Notes: generated by a model from the letters alone, not told the origin. Counted from the stretch's first letter, positions 11,951 through 26,560 are shown. The stretch: 64,000 nucleotides of DNA from Geosiphon pyriformis uo1 (GCA_016748015.1 JAAOMT010000480.1:558001-622000); one strand, 5' to 3'. Numbers and translations are program-made.

Positions 11951-13363
11951 TTTCTGCAATTTGGGTTTTCGAAGAAATCATAAAAATTTAAATAATAATA
12001 ATAATACTAATAATAATTGGTAGTTAGATTACGATAAAAATAAAATAAAAATAAAAATAAATAAATTTTCTAGTATGAATTAATTTTTTTAAAAAAATAG
12101 TTTTAATCTATTTAATTACAATTTTTTTAAAAACAAAGTAATTAATTAATAATAAAATAAATCAGATGGCTGGTCACCTTTACAAAGCGTATGAGCCATG
12201 TTTAAAATAAAACATGTGTAAATAGATTGCGTTTGACCCACACTCTGTATTAGAATTAAAAAAATAAACAATAAAAACTAAATATTTCTGTTAATTCCAA
12301 TAATTTTTAAACATAATTTAACAAGATAACAAATTTTTTTTTTTAACTGATTTAAATTGTTTTCAGAGTAAATACCAAAATATCTTAAAAAAATTTTGGG
12401 ATAAAATTATAAAAATTCAATAAATTAAATTTAATAAATTTATAAAAAGCATTATTTTTATGTTACAGATTAAAATAAAAAGTTAATAAATAATTAAAAA
12501 CAACAAAAAATTGGTAATATATATATATATATATATATATTTACCAAAAAAAATTAATTAATTGCACAATAAGACAAGTTGCTTATTTTCAGTAATTAAA
12601 ATTTTTGACTTAAAAATCAAAAAATATTTTATCAAATTGTAGTATTATGCTCAAATAGTTAATTTTATACATTCACTGTAGATTTGAATTTAACATATTA
12701 AAATGGTAAATTAGCCTAGCTCAAAGAGAAACTGAAAGCTAACGAAAATAAGAAATTAAAAAAAGGTCACTAATAAAATTTTTCTATTTTAATGTTAAAC
12801 AAACTGTAATGACTAAAAAATTATTATTTTAATAAAAATGTGTATAATTAGGTCATAACTTCAAATTAATTTAATATTTAGAAAATTCGAAATAAAGTCT
12901 TAATGTCAAAAGTAAATTTATGATATTTAGGCTAACATTTAAGAAACATTGTTTATGCTTTTATTCACAGTAAAACTTAATTAATAAATAAATAAAGGTT
13001 ATACAGGTAATAATATTAGGGGTCTTATGATTAAATCATATGGAATTTTTTGCGTTTTACAGAAGTTTACTATTATTGTTTTTGTTATACAAATAAATTG
13101 AATAACTCGTTTAGGCAACAAGAAAAAGGGAGGGTACTATAGCTACTTAAAATTTGTTCCTATTTAGTATCAATCACATTCTGATGAATAAGGTTAATAA
13201 ATTGATTTTTTAGACTATGCGAACATAGAGAAATAGAAAAAACATTAATAAGAACTCGCCTTTAGACAAATTACTTTCTAAACTTATTATCAAATAAACT
13301 TTTAAAGAAACCCTCAAGATTAATTACCTATTATCATTTTATCCTTTGTCTTTTATTCACATC

Positions 13364-14112
13364 ATGGAAAATAAAGAAATTAAAAAAACAACTCGTCCAG
13401 AGGCTCATGATCGCAATGAATGTAAACGGTGTCAAAAGAGCATTAAAGATAATATGAATTATTGTAAAGCATGCAAATTCATATTTTTTGAAAAACTTTA
13501 CCGTGACTTTTCAAGCGGCAATAAAGAAGTGGATTAAATAATTAAGATTCCAATTTATTATAAAAATGGTGGATTTAATTACTATGAATGGATTCTATGT
13601 GAGCGTTTGTCGAATATCAAGGAAATTGGTAGAGGAGACAATTAAGTGATTAAACGGTAAATATTGGAGACCTCGGATTATGTCAACCAATGACAAATGA
13701 AACAACAACAACAACAATAACAGGAAAAGCAACGAAGGAAAAAGAAATTCATCGAGTGATTCCATACATTCTCACCAGAAGTTTTAAGAGGAGAAAAGTT
13801 TACTTCGACTGATATTTATATTTTTTCCATGTTATTATGGGAATTAGTCTTCTTTTCATGATCGTTCTCATGACCACCTTCTTATAATGGATATTTTAAA
13901 TAGTATTAGAGATAAGATTGTCTCCTCACTTATTCCACCTTCAATTTTCAAAATTATTATAAAGTGTTGGGATGGTAATCCTGAGAATCCTCCTATTGCG
14001 AAAGAACTTTGGTTTAAGTTGTGGGAACTTGAGAATTCGAGATCCGAGTTTTTAGAATCAGATAAATACGTAAAAGAAATTTTAATGAACGACTCTACAA
14101 CAACAACAACAA

Positions 14113-14173
<61 letters not shown>

Positions 14174-14255
14174 AACGCCAACGTGCATTCATCCAGAAGC
14201 AATTTATACAAGTTGTCTTTTAACTTTTTTAATGATTGATTTTTCTAAAGGTTAG
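13364..14255 (+). pseudogene. Tyrosine-kinase-like protein kinase pseudogene (Glomeromycotina-expanded type)
   Basis: N-terminal CxxC..CxxC, SGNKEVD*, EW..LSNIKEIGRG (subdomain I), then directly IGDLGLCQ, VIPYI/PEVLRGEKFT, DIY, WEL, FHDRSHD, KCWDGNPENPP, HPEAIYTS; subdomains II-VI deleted; stop and frameshifts. Confidence 0.85.
14097..14172 (+). repeat. (ACA)n microsatellite encoding poly-Thr
   Basis: ~25 ACA units. Confidence 0.95.
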
Positions 14256-15204
14256 TTTATCTAATTTAGTAGAGTTTTTATATTTGATTTAATTATTATA
14301 CAGTATATTATTAATTTATATTACTATTTCAAAAGAATTTATGTATTCTCCCTAAAGGTAAGAATTTAAACAAAATCAAAGAATATAATTTTATGGATAT
14401 GCTATCATTTAACATTTATTATTTTGCTTTATAACATATTTAGATGACTCTTTAATGAATCTAATCGTGATCGGATATCATAATTTTTTAAACTCTATAA
14501 TGAGATTAATATTATTAGTTTTCACAAGTGATAAAAAATAATATTCCCCCCCTGTTGTTTTTAGTTTTAATGTTTGATTGTTTGCTCATTGATTTAATCC
14601 AATTTTGTAAATTGCTACCTAATCTTGATCATGTTATAGGATATTCCCATTGTCTTTTTTGCTTAAAAGAGTAGTTCTGTAATCTCTGTATAAAAGCATA
14701 ATCATTGCTTTTTAAATGCGTTAAGCTGATTCAAAAACATAAAACTGAACGAGAACATGAATTTACAATTGATTTGTGATTATCAAATAATCTATCATTT
14801 TTGCATATTATTAAGATTTTTAAATGAAAATCAATATATATAGAGATCATAAATAAATTCATTTTTTTTATAATATTTTTAAATAACAGCAAAAACTAGA
14901 ATTGTAAAATTTGATAGTTTTTTTTTTTTTAATGATAATTGTACAATAAACTGAGTAAAAAAATAAAATAAAAAAATTCATAAAATTATAAAAAAACATT
15001 AATATTTACTGGTTATTGTTTGTTCAATATTTTTTTAATAGATGACAATTAAAAAAAGCTTTTTATTTTCAACTTCATCGATTAAAAGGATCAACATTAA
15101 TTAAGTTCACAGTTCCATCATTGGGCATAAGTCTCGTGGTCCCGTCCCAAATTTTTTGCCCAACCATATCAGGGCTGAAATTCAAAAATCAGACAGTCAA
15201 AAAC

Positions 15205-16677
15205 ATGGTCAGAGAAATTCAAATACGATTAGATGAAAAAAAACAGGCTGATAAAATTTCAGCGATAGAAGCCACGATTTCTGGTGGGACTGCAGGTCTA
15301 GCCTCAAGGTATGATGACCAAAAAAAAAAAAACTAGATGTAATTACTTTTTTTTTCCTTAAAGGAATTCTAAATCTCATTCGAAAATTAGATTTGTAATA
15401 TCACCTTTGGATGTAGTCAAAATAAGACTCCAGGTAATCAATTTTATGGATTTTCAAATTGGTTTTACCAACTTATTAAAATTTTTCCCAAACTTTTCCC
15501 TTAGTTACAAGCTGATAACAAGCTATCAGTAAGCAATTTAATTATTTTATTATTCTTTTTTTATAACCTTAGAGATTTGTTACTTTGCTTTATATTGTTA
15601 GCAGGATGAAACCAAATATCAAAATTATTTGATTGCAATCCTACTAGCCTGGAAAAGTCTCGGCATCCAGAAAATATAATGGCATGATCCATGCAGTATT
15701 ATTAATTTATAAAGAAGAAGGAATTAGGGTCAGAAATTTTAATTCTCATTCCAAAATCAATTTTATATGTTTATAATTGTTTTCATATTTTAGGGACTAT
15801 GGAAAGGAAACCTATCAGCAGAATATCTGTATGTGACATATGGTGCCGTTCAATTTCTCTCGTATCATGAAATGAATAAGATCTTAAAGCCTCCTGAAAC
15901 TGCTCAAAATACAAAGCTAATAATACCAGCAAAGATGTATCCTTATATAAATGGATCCATTGCTGGTACCATTGCTACTTTAACCACCTATCCATTCGAT
16001 CTTTTAAGAACAAGATTTGCAGCTCAAGGAGAACCAAAGGTATTTTTTATGCAAATTTTCAATTTTATTGAATAAATAAGAGAATTTAATTTGAATAAGT
16101 TTCCCAGGTATATACAGGAATAGCGCATGCAGTCAAATTAATATATTTAAAGGAAGGACTTGCGGGCTTCTATCGGGGAGTCACACCAACAATAGCCCAA
16201 ATTATTCCATATATGGGACTCGTGTTTGGAATAAAAGAACAAACAAAGTCTTGGATCCAGTATTTAGGGGTAAAAGAAATTTTTTGTAAACTGCTACCAG
16301 ATATAGTTTGATAAAATTTACATTCCTCAAACCATCAGGACCAAGGTGGGCACCTTTTCAATTTAACTTCATTTCAAGATTCTTTGAGTGGTGCTGTCGC
16401 GGGTTTTATGAGCAAGACTGCAGTCTTCCCTATAGATGTAGTTCGCAAGCGGATGCAAGTTCAAGGCCCAAGTCGAAAAAAGTATCTTTTTTCTAATGTA
16501 CCGGAATATTCCGGCTCATGGTTGGGTTGTCTAACTAAAATAGCCCGTGATGAAGGTATAAGAGGTCTTTACAAAGGTTTAACACCGGCTCTTTTTAAGG
16601 CTATACCGTCAAGTGCTGTTACGTTTTTTGTATACGGGCAGATGAAGGAATTTCTAGAAAATCTTCATTCCACTTGA
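15205..16677 (+). CDS. TPC1: Mitochondrial thiamine pyrophosphate carrier (SLC25A19/Tpc1-like), multi-exon
   Basis: Three carrier signatures PLDVVKIRLQ, PFDLLRTRF, PIDVVRKRMQ; GLWKGNLSAEYLYVTYGAVQF and RTRFAAQG typical of Tpc1; GT-AG introns e.g. 15309-15390. Confidence 0.85.
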
Positions 16678-16884
16678 AAAACTATTTTGGATTTAATAAT
16701 ATATTCTAAAGGATTACCCCAACCTTTGAAGTTGAAACCTTTAGATTCTGACTCGGGGAAATTTTGGGTGCGTACATAAAATAAATTTTGATTATATTCA
16801 TTTTAGCGAATGCACATTGGCGATGCTCTTGGTTCATCCAATCATTTCCCAAGTTGACATTGAATAGATCGTTGACCCTGAGAT

Positions 16885-18626
16885 TCAGTTTGTGATTTTT
16901 TCCTGATTGATTTCCGTATCCTGATTGATTTCAATTTCTGAGATCCATAAATTCAGGTAATAATGATTGCCCAAATTAATTTTAACAAAGACGGTCTTTA
17001 TTTACAAGATAGGATTAATTTCTTACCGTTAGTAGTATTTGTGGTACTTACAACCAAGATTGGATCATTTACATAATCAAAAGCCCCAGAAAGTGGTTGA
17101 TAGCCAACTTTAAATGATAAAAAGACCCAATGAGTTAAATAAAATAGAAATAAAGTGACCATTCTGTTAAATTATCCACTTACTATAAAATCCAACATTT
17201 TTACCGAAATTCATATGGCAGCGAATTGAATTGATCGTTAGTGCAACAAGAGAAATAATGCTTATAGATGCTGAAAGATGGAATTAATAGATCAAAAAAT
17301 TTTAAGACTTCTTAAAAAGAATTTGAGATTTTCATGGATGAAAATTTAACTTACCAGGAATAAAAAGAATTTGAAATAAAACATCAAACCTGACTTTATT
17401 TTGAATCAAGCATATTGTTCCTTTCATTCCTGATATTTTAAAATTTTCACCCAAGCACCAGGTGATTAATTTATAAAGTAAGGAAACAATGTGAAAAACG
17501 TTAAATGCGTAGGAAAGAAACATCATCCAGTTAGACTCCTTCTTCACCTAAGATTTTTTTTAAGAAAACTGATTTTGAGTAGAATCGTTTTTCACTTATT
17601 TAAAAAGAGTATTTTTACTTACCCCTTGGATGGGCAGAAGCAGATAAAATAACAGGATAATATTGAATGGCACAAAAGCGAAAAGCTTGCGTAAAGGTAA
17701 ACTTGATTCATGAAGCCCCAAAATAAAATTTTTGTCTGCAACGGTCATGTTATATACATAGAATGCCTCGAAATAAATTATCATGAATACAAAACAGCTC
17801 TGAATTAACGGGAATTGTAGTTCGTAGTATCTGTGCATGCCTTTGAAAATAATCAATCGATATTATTTTAAAAATGCGCCAATTTTTTTTGATACATGAT
17901 TTTTTAGAAACTAATTTTACCTTTAATTGAGTTATTTTCCGTGTATTTATATCCGTGAAACATTGTCCATTTTCTATAATGGATTAGTGTTTGGAAAAAG
18001 ACACATGAGTTTCTAAAAAAAAAAATGACTTTAAATTGTTTTTAAAAACCAAATTCAACGTTTTACCTTCTTTTACAGAGGAAGTAGGTCAAAAAAATAT
18101 AAAGAACTTGAAAGGTTAACCAAACACAAAGGTGAGTTATTAAATATTTCTCTTTAGGGTAGTCTATGCATAGGAGAGGTGTTGATTGAACGTTACAAAA
18201 TCTCAGATAGGACAGGTAAAATAAAAGAAAATTCATTGACAAAGTGAATGTTAATAGTAGAAAAATAATGACATGAGCAATGTTTTTTGCCCAAAGCTGT
18301 AAAAATTTGAATTGAGATTTAGAATTGAATTTAATTAAAAGACGCCCAATGAATATCTATATGATTATTATTTTTTTTACCATAATCACTGCCGAAACGC
18401 CGATTCCAAGAAAGTAAAATGTTTGAATTAGGACCATTGGACCAGCGCCAGAAAGTATATCCAAATCATTGATGTTGTATAAAATATGTCCGATTACCAC
18501 AAAAATAAAGATTGCTTCAAGGCTAAAGAATAATGGGAGCAATCTTTTTTCTTGTAATAATGGTGCAGGACTTTGCTCGAAAAAGCTCGCGGTGCGAGTA
18601 ACGGTTAAAATTCTTGAAGGTTTCAT
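16885..18626 (-). CDS. Multi-pass membrane protein, divergent UPF0658 (fungal Golgi membrane protein)-like, ~8 exons
   Basis: Spliced reading gives successive hydrophobic helices, KWTMFHGYK..GMHRYYELQFPL, GVKKESNWMM..LLYKL and C-terminal CHMNFGKN resembling the CxxNFGKG tail I recall for that family; stop TGA 16885-16887. Confidence 0.55.
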
Positions 18627-20434
18627 TGGAACAGACACCTTTATGAAATTCAAGGTCGCGTAAAGGATTTTTAATAATTTGAATTTTTTAATATTTCTTT
18701 CGATAAAAAAAACTTTTTATCGTTTGGACAATTTAAGTCGAAAATTGAAAACCTATTATGCTCTATTTAAAGCCGGTGATACAACAGTTTAACTACTTTG
18801 AAGTCAAGCAGGGGATTGTTTAAATGGTGAGCAAATTAGCACAACATATTTGGATTCAAAAATGGTCATTTAAAAGTTTAATTTTTGTACCACAAATTCT
18901 TGTATACCAATTTTCTAGTGAAAATTTTTTGAAAAAATAGCAATTATGTATCTTGTTTCTTTTATATATTTGAAAAAAATAAAAAATTTGACATAAAAAT
19001 AAATTTTTAATAGAATTATTTCGATAAAGACTAATTGTACTTTGCCTAATGAAAATTTTAACCTTTTGTATAAACTTTTGAGTAAAATCTTTTTAAAAAT
19101 ATTATTTTTTTAGTCCTTAAAAAAACTGACCGAAATAAAAATCAAGAAATTTTATTTCTAATTAAATCAAGTTTGAAATAAAATATTCATTTTTCATATA
19201 TGCCTTAAAATCATCAGATTTTGTTCGCGTTACCAAAAAAAGCCGACATGTGATTGTTATTGTTGTTTACTTCTAATGTCATACAATCTCCTATTTATTT
19301 ATTTGCGTTGCCACTTATTCTTTTTTTTTGTTAACCTATAGCCACCCTAGACTTTTATTATTTCAGCCTTTTCATAATGCCAACTCACCCAATAACTTAA
19401 ATTACAAGATGCGGCTAACCGCAACTTATTCTTTATATCTGCCTATTTTTCACTTTCCTAATATATCTAAACTCCACAAAATGACTGCAAAAAATGGCTA
19501 AATTTCGGATATTCATCGTCCTGGCCACCTACCAAAATCATCCATGCAAATCATTTCGTTACAGCAGTCGAAATCAAAGCATGGCTCAAAGAAACGCATC
19601 CAGACTTTGAATTCGGTGAACAAATTATTCGGGACGAGCTTTCAAGGCTTGGCTACACTGCCATTCTACCTAAATTTGTCTATTCTCATTGAAAGCGTCA
19701 AAGAGAACCCCTTTGCAATGGGTACGTGATAATTGCCGTTACAACTGACGCAAGGTTGTAATCTTTGATGAAACAGCTTTGCAAATGTTCTGAAACACTT
19801 GTTTTCATGACTCAAAACACACTTCAATCAAGACTTTCACGTCGTGTTTTGTCATGATCATCATATAGCCCAGAGCTCAACTCTTTTGGGCTGTTTTAAA
19901 GCATAATTTAAAAAAAAAGTAAAAGAATGAGCAAGCCTTCCAGAAGAAGTGATTCTTATTAATATTCGTAGCATGTTTGCCCGTATTCAACGTAGGAGGT
20001 CACACTAAATATTAATTTTTACAAACTCATTTGTAAAAATCAATGATAATGTCTGCAAACGCGATATTATAAAATATGCTTTTCATTTTAACTCATTATT
20101 ATCAAGAATACCATAAATTAAAGTATATTTATAGGATCATTTTGATAAATTTTTTTCTTGGATGACTATCAAATTTAAAGCTATAGAACAACTATTTTCT
20201 AAAAGCACATTAATTAAAAGTTATGCAAGGGAATCATGAATTATAAAGTTCATCAACTATTCCATCATAGGGATGGATCACAAAAATGAAAATATATTCT
20301 TTAATTTAAATCTAGTTAGCTACAAAAAAATTAAATTAATCAAATGCTATTTAGAGAATAGAATGAATATCTCTTAAAACAAAAAGGTGTTTCTAAAATT
20401 TAAAAGAAAACTTATTAAATAAATGCACGCTTAA

Positions 20435-21434
20435 TTATGCCATTCCTAATTTAATACCAAGTTTGTTTGTTGTAGGAGGATATTTCGAGTTCATCTCGGT
20501 ACATACAGTCCACCACCACTTATACAATTCATAAGCAGGATCCTGTTTAGCAGATTCTTCATCAATCTTAATGTCCCAAGGCTTTTTAAGAATATAATGA
20601 ACATTTTTCACTTCATCATCGTTCCACATTTTTTCATGACAATTTCGTAATGTTTTCAGTGCATTATATTTATAGGATAACCGATGCCAACGAGCACGGA
20701 ATATCTCATTAAGAAAGTCTTGATCGGGGAATAGCAGTGTTTGAGGAGCCGGATGATTTCGAAGAGCTTCTTCCATTTGTCGAAATTTTTCAATTGACGG
20801 AGTCAAAACTAGCAAGCCAGCATTAAAGTAGTATTGATGCAGTCCCTCATGGGTCTTTGAATCAGTGTATGCACAAGAATCAGGCGTCCTATATAAATCA
20901 TGGGAAAAATCGTAAAAAATCAAATCGGTTCGGCTGAATCAAATTGACAATAATTGTTATATTAGAAACATACCAATCCTTCGGATAATTAGAAACTTTG
21001 AGTGGATTACAAGTGCAGGCGCTAGAGGCTGCGAGCCAATCATTTTTCAAAGGTAGTTCGATTAATTCGTCCATATTTTGAATAACCAACATATCAGCAT
21101 CCAACAACACAATTCGTTGATATTCTTCCATTTCCCAGACCCTTAATTTTGTCCATGTTTCCCGATAATATTCGTTCAGTTCTTTTTTGGTGGATGGTGG
21201 TGGATTAATAAATTTAATTTCCCTAGTTAAACATCCAAGTTTTCTGAATTCATTTAACGTGGTTTGAGATAGGGCATCAGTGTGAAGAATTACCAAAGGG
21301 TATTTTGATTTTACTTTAAGCAATGAGTAGGCCAAAACTTGGGCTCCCTTGACATATTTGTTTTCTTTTGTTAACAAGGTTGCCCATACTCTTTCAGGAT
21401 TGGAGAATGTATTAGTGGACATAGACATTTTCAT
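20435..21434 (-). CDS. Glycosyltransferase family 8 (glycogenin/galactinol-synthase-like), 2 exons, intron 20889-20973
   Basis: WATLLT..Y..GAQVLAYSL..SKYPLV, TWTKLRVW, DxD motif LDADML, CTCNP..YPKDW|TPDSCAYT, FNAGLLVLTPS, FPDQDFLN, YNALK, VHYILKKPW. Confidence 0.92.
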
Positions 21435-22696
21435 AAAGTATGGTTGAGCGAGATTTGGGGAAATTTTTTATGATTGAAGATGCGACATTATAAGGGCTCC
21501 GATTAAATTTCTTTTATAGATTACATTTGTAATCTGAGATCTTCTTCGAAATGACGTTTGAACTTTCTATCAATTAGTCATCTAAGAATTTTCAAAGAAG
21601 AATCTAATCACGATGTGATCTAGCATTCAAACACAAAAATCATTGATCGATCGAATAAATTAGATAAATCTTTTGTTTATCCGTAGCATTAATAGTTACA
21701 AAGATCCCGGATTTACGATTAACTTTTCGTCATACTGTGACACCATGGCATTTTTAGGGCTTTTCAAATAAAATCTTTCTTTCTTTAATTAATTTATTTG
21801 TTACTTGATTGTAAGCAAAAGAATCTTTTACTTTTAAACATAATTTTAAGTGAAATATTTTGGTTTCTTTGTTCTTTAGTTTTATATATAAAGATCGAAT
21901 TTTCAAAAAAATAAACAAATCAGTTGGTTTTGGCAACTTTCATTATTATAAGCCATATTTGACAAAGGTCAAGTTATCACTCATCAGTATTCTAACCCAA
22001 AATCGATCAAAATTTTCATTAACCTCAACAAAAGGCTTGAATCATAATCACCTTTGATAATGTTTATTGCATTACACACACAATGCTCAGTCAAAATATA
22101 CATACATGTACACGAGATTAAAGGTAGCTAGATTTGTAAATCGCAATCAGAAAATCTATTTGACCGAAATAGCTAGATTAGCGGATGCAGAAAAATCGGA
22201 AAATAAAGTTGAAATGCCTATTAAAAACGATGAAGGAATACAAGAAAAATCTTTTCTGATGTATAAGGGAAAATGCCACGTTTTTTTGTAATCTTTTTCA
22301 TGGGCAAATGTGGGACCTTATGACAGATCAGAACCAGTAGAAAAGGTGTGGAAATGTACGCTGTGAAATAAATTTGCAAGTCACTACCCTTTAAGCACAT
22401 CAGTTAATAATCTAATCACTGACAATCGTGGTAGGGTAAGTTTTTCTGTTTACCTTACTAAGAATCCTGCAATGAAAAAAAGGAGAAAGAAAAATAATGA
22501 ATTTTTCTTCTGACAACACGCTTTTCCTGAATCTGCTTTTGTGTGCAATGCACGCTGAATGAATCAGGTTGCATCAATCACTCGCATCATACTTGGGCAT
22601 AATAAGAAAAGAAGGATATTTAGAGATTTCAGATTTTTTACGAATCCAAACAACTCTTTCCTTTGAACGAAAATTTTAATTCTTTTCATTTTCAAT

Positions 22697-23686
22697 ATGT
22701 CGAACACGATGATTGTATATAATAATACGGAAAAGGTGAACGAACCTTGGACAGCTGATAATAACCAAGATGAAGAAATTAACGAAATTAAAGAGAAAAT
22801 TTACTTTGACTTTGTTGAACAACCAATAGGTGAACAAGAGAATCAATTTTTGACTAGTTTCTGTCAAAATCAAATTGAAGCCGAAAGTTATCTTTTTACC
22901 ACCACTGCAGAACATCTTTCAACGAAACAATCAGATATTTCTGGGCATGAACTTTTTCAAAACAAATTACCAAAGATTTCAACAAGAACCAAAAAAATAC
23001 GATTCGACCCAGATCTTCAGATCTTTGGTGAAAACTATAATATTGAGGGATCAGTCAATGATGAAAGTATTTTCAATGAATGTTTAGCGAGACACACAAT
23101 CGAAAACGGGCAATTACCTCTCGAAGAAAATGGTAGCATCGATAACATTTTTAATCAACTCATGTGTGATATTGATCAATGGCAAACAGAAAATAATGAT
23201 CTTGTCCATGAACCAGTTGAAGATATTCATCAAGTTTTGGAGCAACATGATGATATCGAGACGAAATACAAAATATTATTACGAGAATACAACTCCCTTA
23301 GAAGAAAATCCACTTATTCGTTTGCTGACGAGCTAGATTATTTAAAGTCACAAAATGGTCAAGATGTTAAAATCCCTTTAGGACCAGCGAATTTTCATAC
23401 TTTTACTAGAAAAGAGTATCCATTATTTTTTACCGTCATTGTTTTATGTTTACTTGCAGTCACATTTCTTGGGTTCTATGCCGTAAAAGAGATGGAGCCT
23501 GACCGACTTGTTTATTTGTCAAAATTGTCTTCATCACCATGGATTTGCGATACGGAAACCTTCATATTAAACCCTGCCGAGCCAACTTATCAACCAGATG
23601 TTTCAAGAACAACAGCTCTTAGTCCAGCTCCACAAACATGCTTTGATTTGTTTTTTTTTCATCTTTGCGCTCGAAATACATTTTGA
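22697..23686 (+). CDS. Hypothetical 329-aa protein: acidic N-terminus, short coiled coil, one C-terminal TM helix
   Basis: Long intact ORF in AT-rich DNA; DDIETKYKILLREYNSLRRK heptads; TM FFTVIVLCLLAVTFLGFYAV. Confidence 0.75.
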   Translation: MSNTMIVYNNTEKVNEPWTADNNQDEEINEIKEKIYFDFVEQPIGEQENQFLTSFCQNQIEAESYLFTTTAEHLSTKQSDISGHELFQNKLPKISTRTKKIRFDPDLQIFGENYNIEGSVNDESIFNECLARHTIENGQLPLEENGSIDNIFNQLMCDIDQWQTENNDLVHEPVEDIHQVLEQHDDIETKYKILLREYNSLRRKSTYSFADELDYLKSQNGQDVKIPLGPANFHTFTRKEYPLFFTVIVLCLLAVTFLGFYAVKEMEPDRLVYLSKLSSSPWICDTETFILNPAEPTYQPDVSRTTALSPAPQTCFDLFFFHLCARNTF

Positions 23687-26455
23687 TTTTTTATAATTCT
23701 TGAGGACAAACAGTAAATCGTTCGAAATTAAGGACTTTATTAATTTTTCTCGTGATTTAATTACAATCATTGTATATAATTGGTCTAGCTTCTTATTTTA
23801 ATTTTATGTTTAATCTATATTTGGACGCCATTTAGTGAAATCCCCTAAAAATAGAATATATTATTTCTGCAGCTCGGATATTCCTTTTTTTAATTTTTAG
23901 TTTAAATGCATGAATGGTTGAGGTTAATGAAACAACAAAAGAAATAAACTATAAAAATTTTTTCGAAAAGGTGCGAAATTTTGTATATTTTTTATGTGTA
24001 TAGATTTGTAATATATTTACTAAATAAAATGCAGTCATTTTTTATTATTTCAAAAATTTGATTTGTGAGTTTTTATCATCCTAGTAAATTATATCATAAT
24101 CTACATATACTTTAGAGCTTATAGCTATTCTCAACGCCTCTTTTAATGTATAAATTGCTAAACAAATGAATTCCTTGAACATTGTAGCGAGTATCGCAAG
24201 ACCATCCCATTAAGGTTATGCCACAATAATAAAAAATTCTTTTAAATTAAGGTACAGTATTAAATAGGAATTGCGCTCATTTAAAAAATCAGACGTCTTT
24301 ACTATTTTCAGAATGATTGAATAAGAAAGAGTTTCTATTGTTAATTCCTTATTCGTTTAATTGGTTTTTTCATTTAATTGGTTTTTGTGCTGAGATCAGT
24401 TTGATATCATCTAATCTAAATTTTTTTACCCTTAAAAATATAGTTTTTTTTTAACTGTTGAGAGACCCTGTTTAGGCCCAAAAAAAAGATCTATTATTTT
24501 CGATTAAAAAGTGATATAAAATTTTTTGGTATATTATGATCAGTAATTTTTTCCATTAAAAATATTTTATTAAAGAGAGATAATAATGTATCATTTATCA
24601 GAGAGAGATATATATATATAGAATATGTCAAAAATTTTCCCAATGTGAGACTTGTGTTCAGCTAAACAGAATAAAGCACTTTGTTTGCCAACTTTTCTGA
24701 GAATACCAAGAATCAGCAATTATGAAGATATTGAGCAAATAAGACTTTTCAAGATTTTCATCTGCAATTTGAGATTTATTATTAACATTACCATTAAGAA
24801 GGATTTTCCAATGTAAAAGTCTTTAATCAGATTTATTTGCATCATATTTTTAACAAGTATTTGATATTCAAAATTTAACAAACCTTTAGATTCGCATGAA
24901 TAATTATAAGCTAAATTAGGGAAATATCATAGAATAAACAGATATTTATATATATTTTGGGTTGTAAATAATGTAGTAATTTATTTTGGTTCATGTAAAA
25001 TGTAACAATTTTTTTTGGTTCATCAAAAGTACAAGATTCCTTTCAATGAAAACCTACTTATTTTCGACTCATTTCGTGTCTTGACAATGATAAGTTATTT
25101 TTTTTATTATCAAGTGGGGCAAAATTCTCAGAGATTATTAAATCCTTATTTACATCTGAATTAAGTCTGAATAAGGCTGTGAAAAATTTTTATTTTCTTT
25201 TCTTTTCTTTTCTCATAGAAAGAGGAATAGTGTCATGATATTGTGGTGTTTAATTACATAATTTTTATGGACCCTAAATTACTTTGTAAAAATTAAAAAA
25301 TCTCATTGGTTGGTGTTGAAATATGTCTCAAAGGAAATCTTGATATATGCATAATAAAATCTTTGGGATGCATAATACATGTAAAATTGCTAATTTCTCA
25401 GAATTACCTTAAAGATAAATCTGTATGATTAAAATTATTTAGAATTTTTGATTTGATTATTGATCGAAAATTTTGAAAATCAAAAAATTTTATTTATAAT
25501 CTTATTTACAATTTTAATAAGAAAAACGGTTTATAAGAATGACTTTTTATTTAAAAATCTTTTTTTACTTTAAAAAATTTTGGAAATCTCAAATTTAAGC
25601 CTTTATCCTTTTGGTTCAAACAATGATAAAAACTTGAAAAGTTAATAATTTCTATTAATGCAGATGTTTGAATTTTAGATAAATATGATACATAAATTTC
25701 CGATCGACTAAAAAAGGGAAACATAAATTTTAACGGCGCAATAGGTGACACTCGAATATGTGAAAAAAGAAGTTTTGGATAAAGATGAAAACTCTGGAAA
25801 GAAATTATTTAAAGTTATTCATATGTGACTTTTTGCATTGTTAAAATACCTTAATAAAAACTATCGATTTCCAAATAATTTAATAAAGAACAGCATACAA
25901 ATTATTAGAAAAGTAAAAAATCTATGAATATTTAAACCGAAAATTTCTTTTAACTAAGGTCTATGGCTAATTGATGTTTCAGCCTATACCGAAATAGGGT
26001 CTGGAGTCGTATTATTTTATAAATAAAAAGTTCTAGAAAAGGGTTAGATAATTCGTAAAACCCTTTTTCATGATATATTAAAACCAAAATTGAATCTTGT
26101 TATTAATAAATTTCAAAGTTTTGGTAATATGACATCATTTCATTCTAGGAAAAGAAAGTTTTAAAAATAGATCAAATTAATTTTTATATATTTCTTCTTT
26201 GATTTTAAAATACATATTATAAAGGTAAATTTAAGATTAGCCTGCAACTCTGACAAATTTTAATGCAATTTATTTCTAGAATTGACTTATTTCTAATTCG
26301 ATATCTTTTTCGGTATTCCAATTCAATCCTGGAAAAAATACAAAGACAAGGAATTAGTTGATAACAAAGTTTAATCTATCAAAGAATTCGTATATGCTTT
26401 TTTCTTTACAAGTAATCTCATAGTAATACTGGCTACTATTACTATTGGTGCTCCA

Positions 26456-26493
26456 ATTATACTACTACTACTACTGCTATTGTATTCTATTAT

Positions 26494-26540
<47 letters not shown>

Positions 26541-26560
26541 TTATATTATTATTATTACTA
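26456..26560. repeat. (TAC)n/(TAT)n microsatellite
   Basis: Directly visible. Confidence 0.95.
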
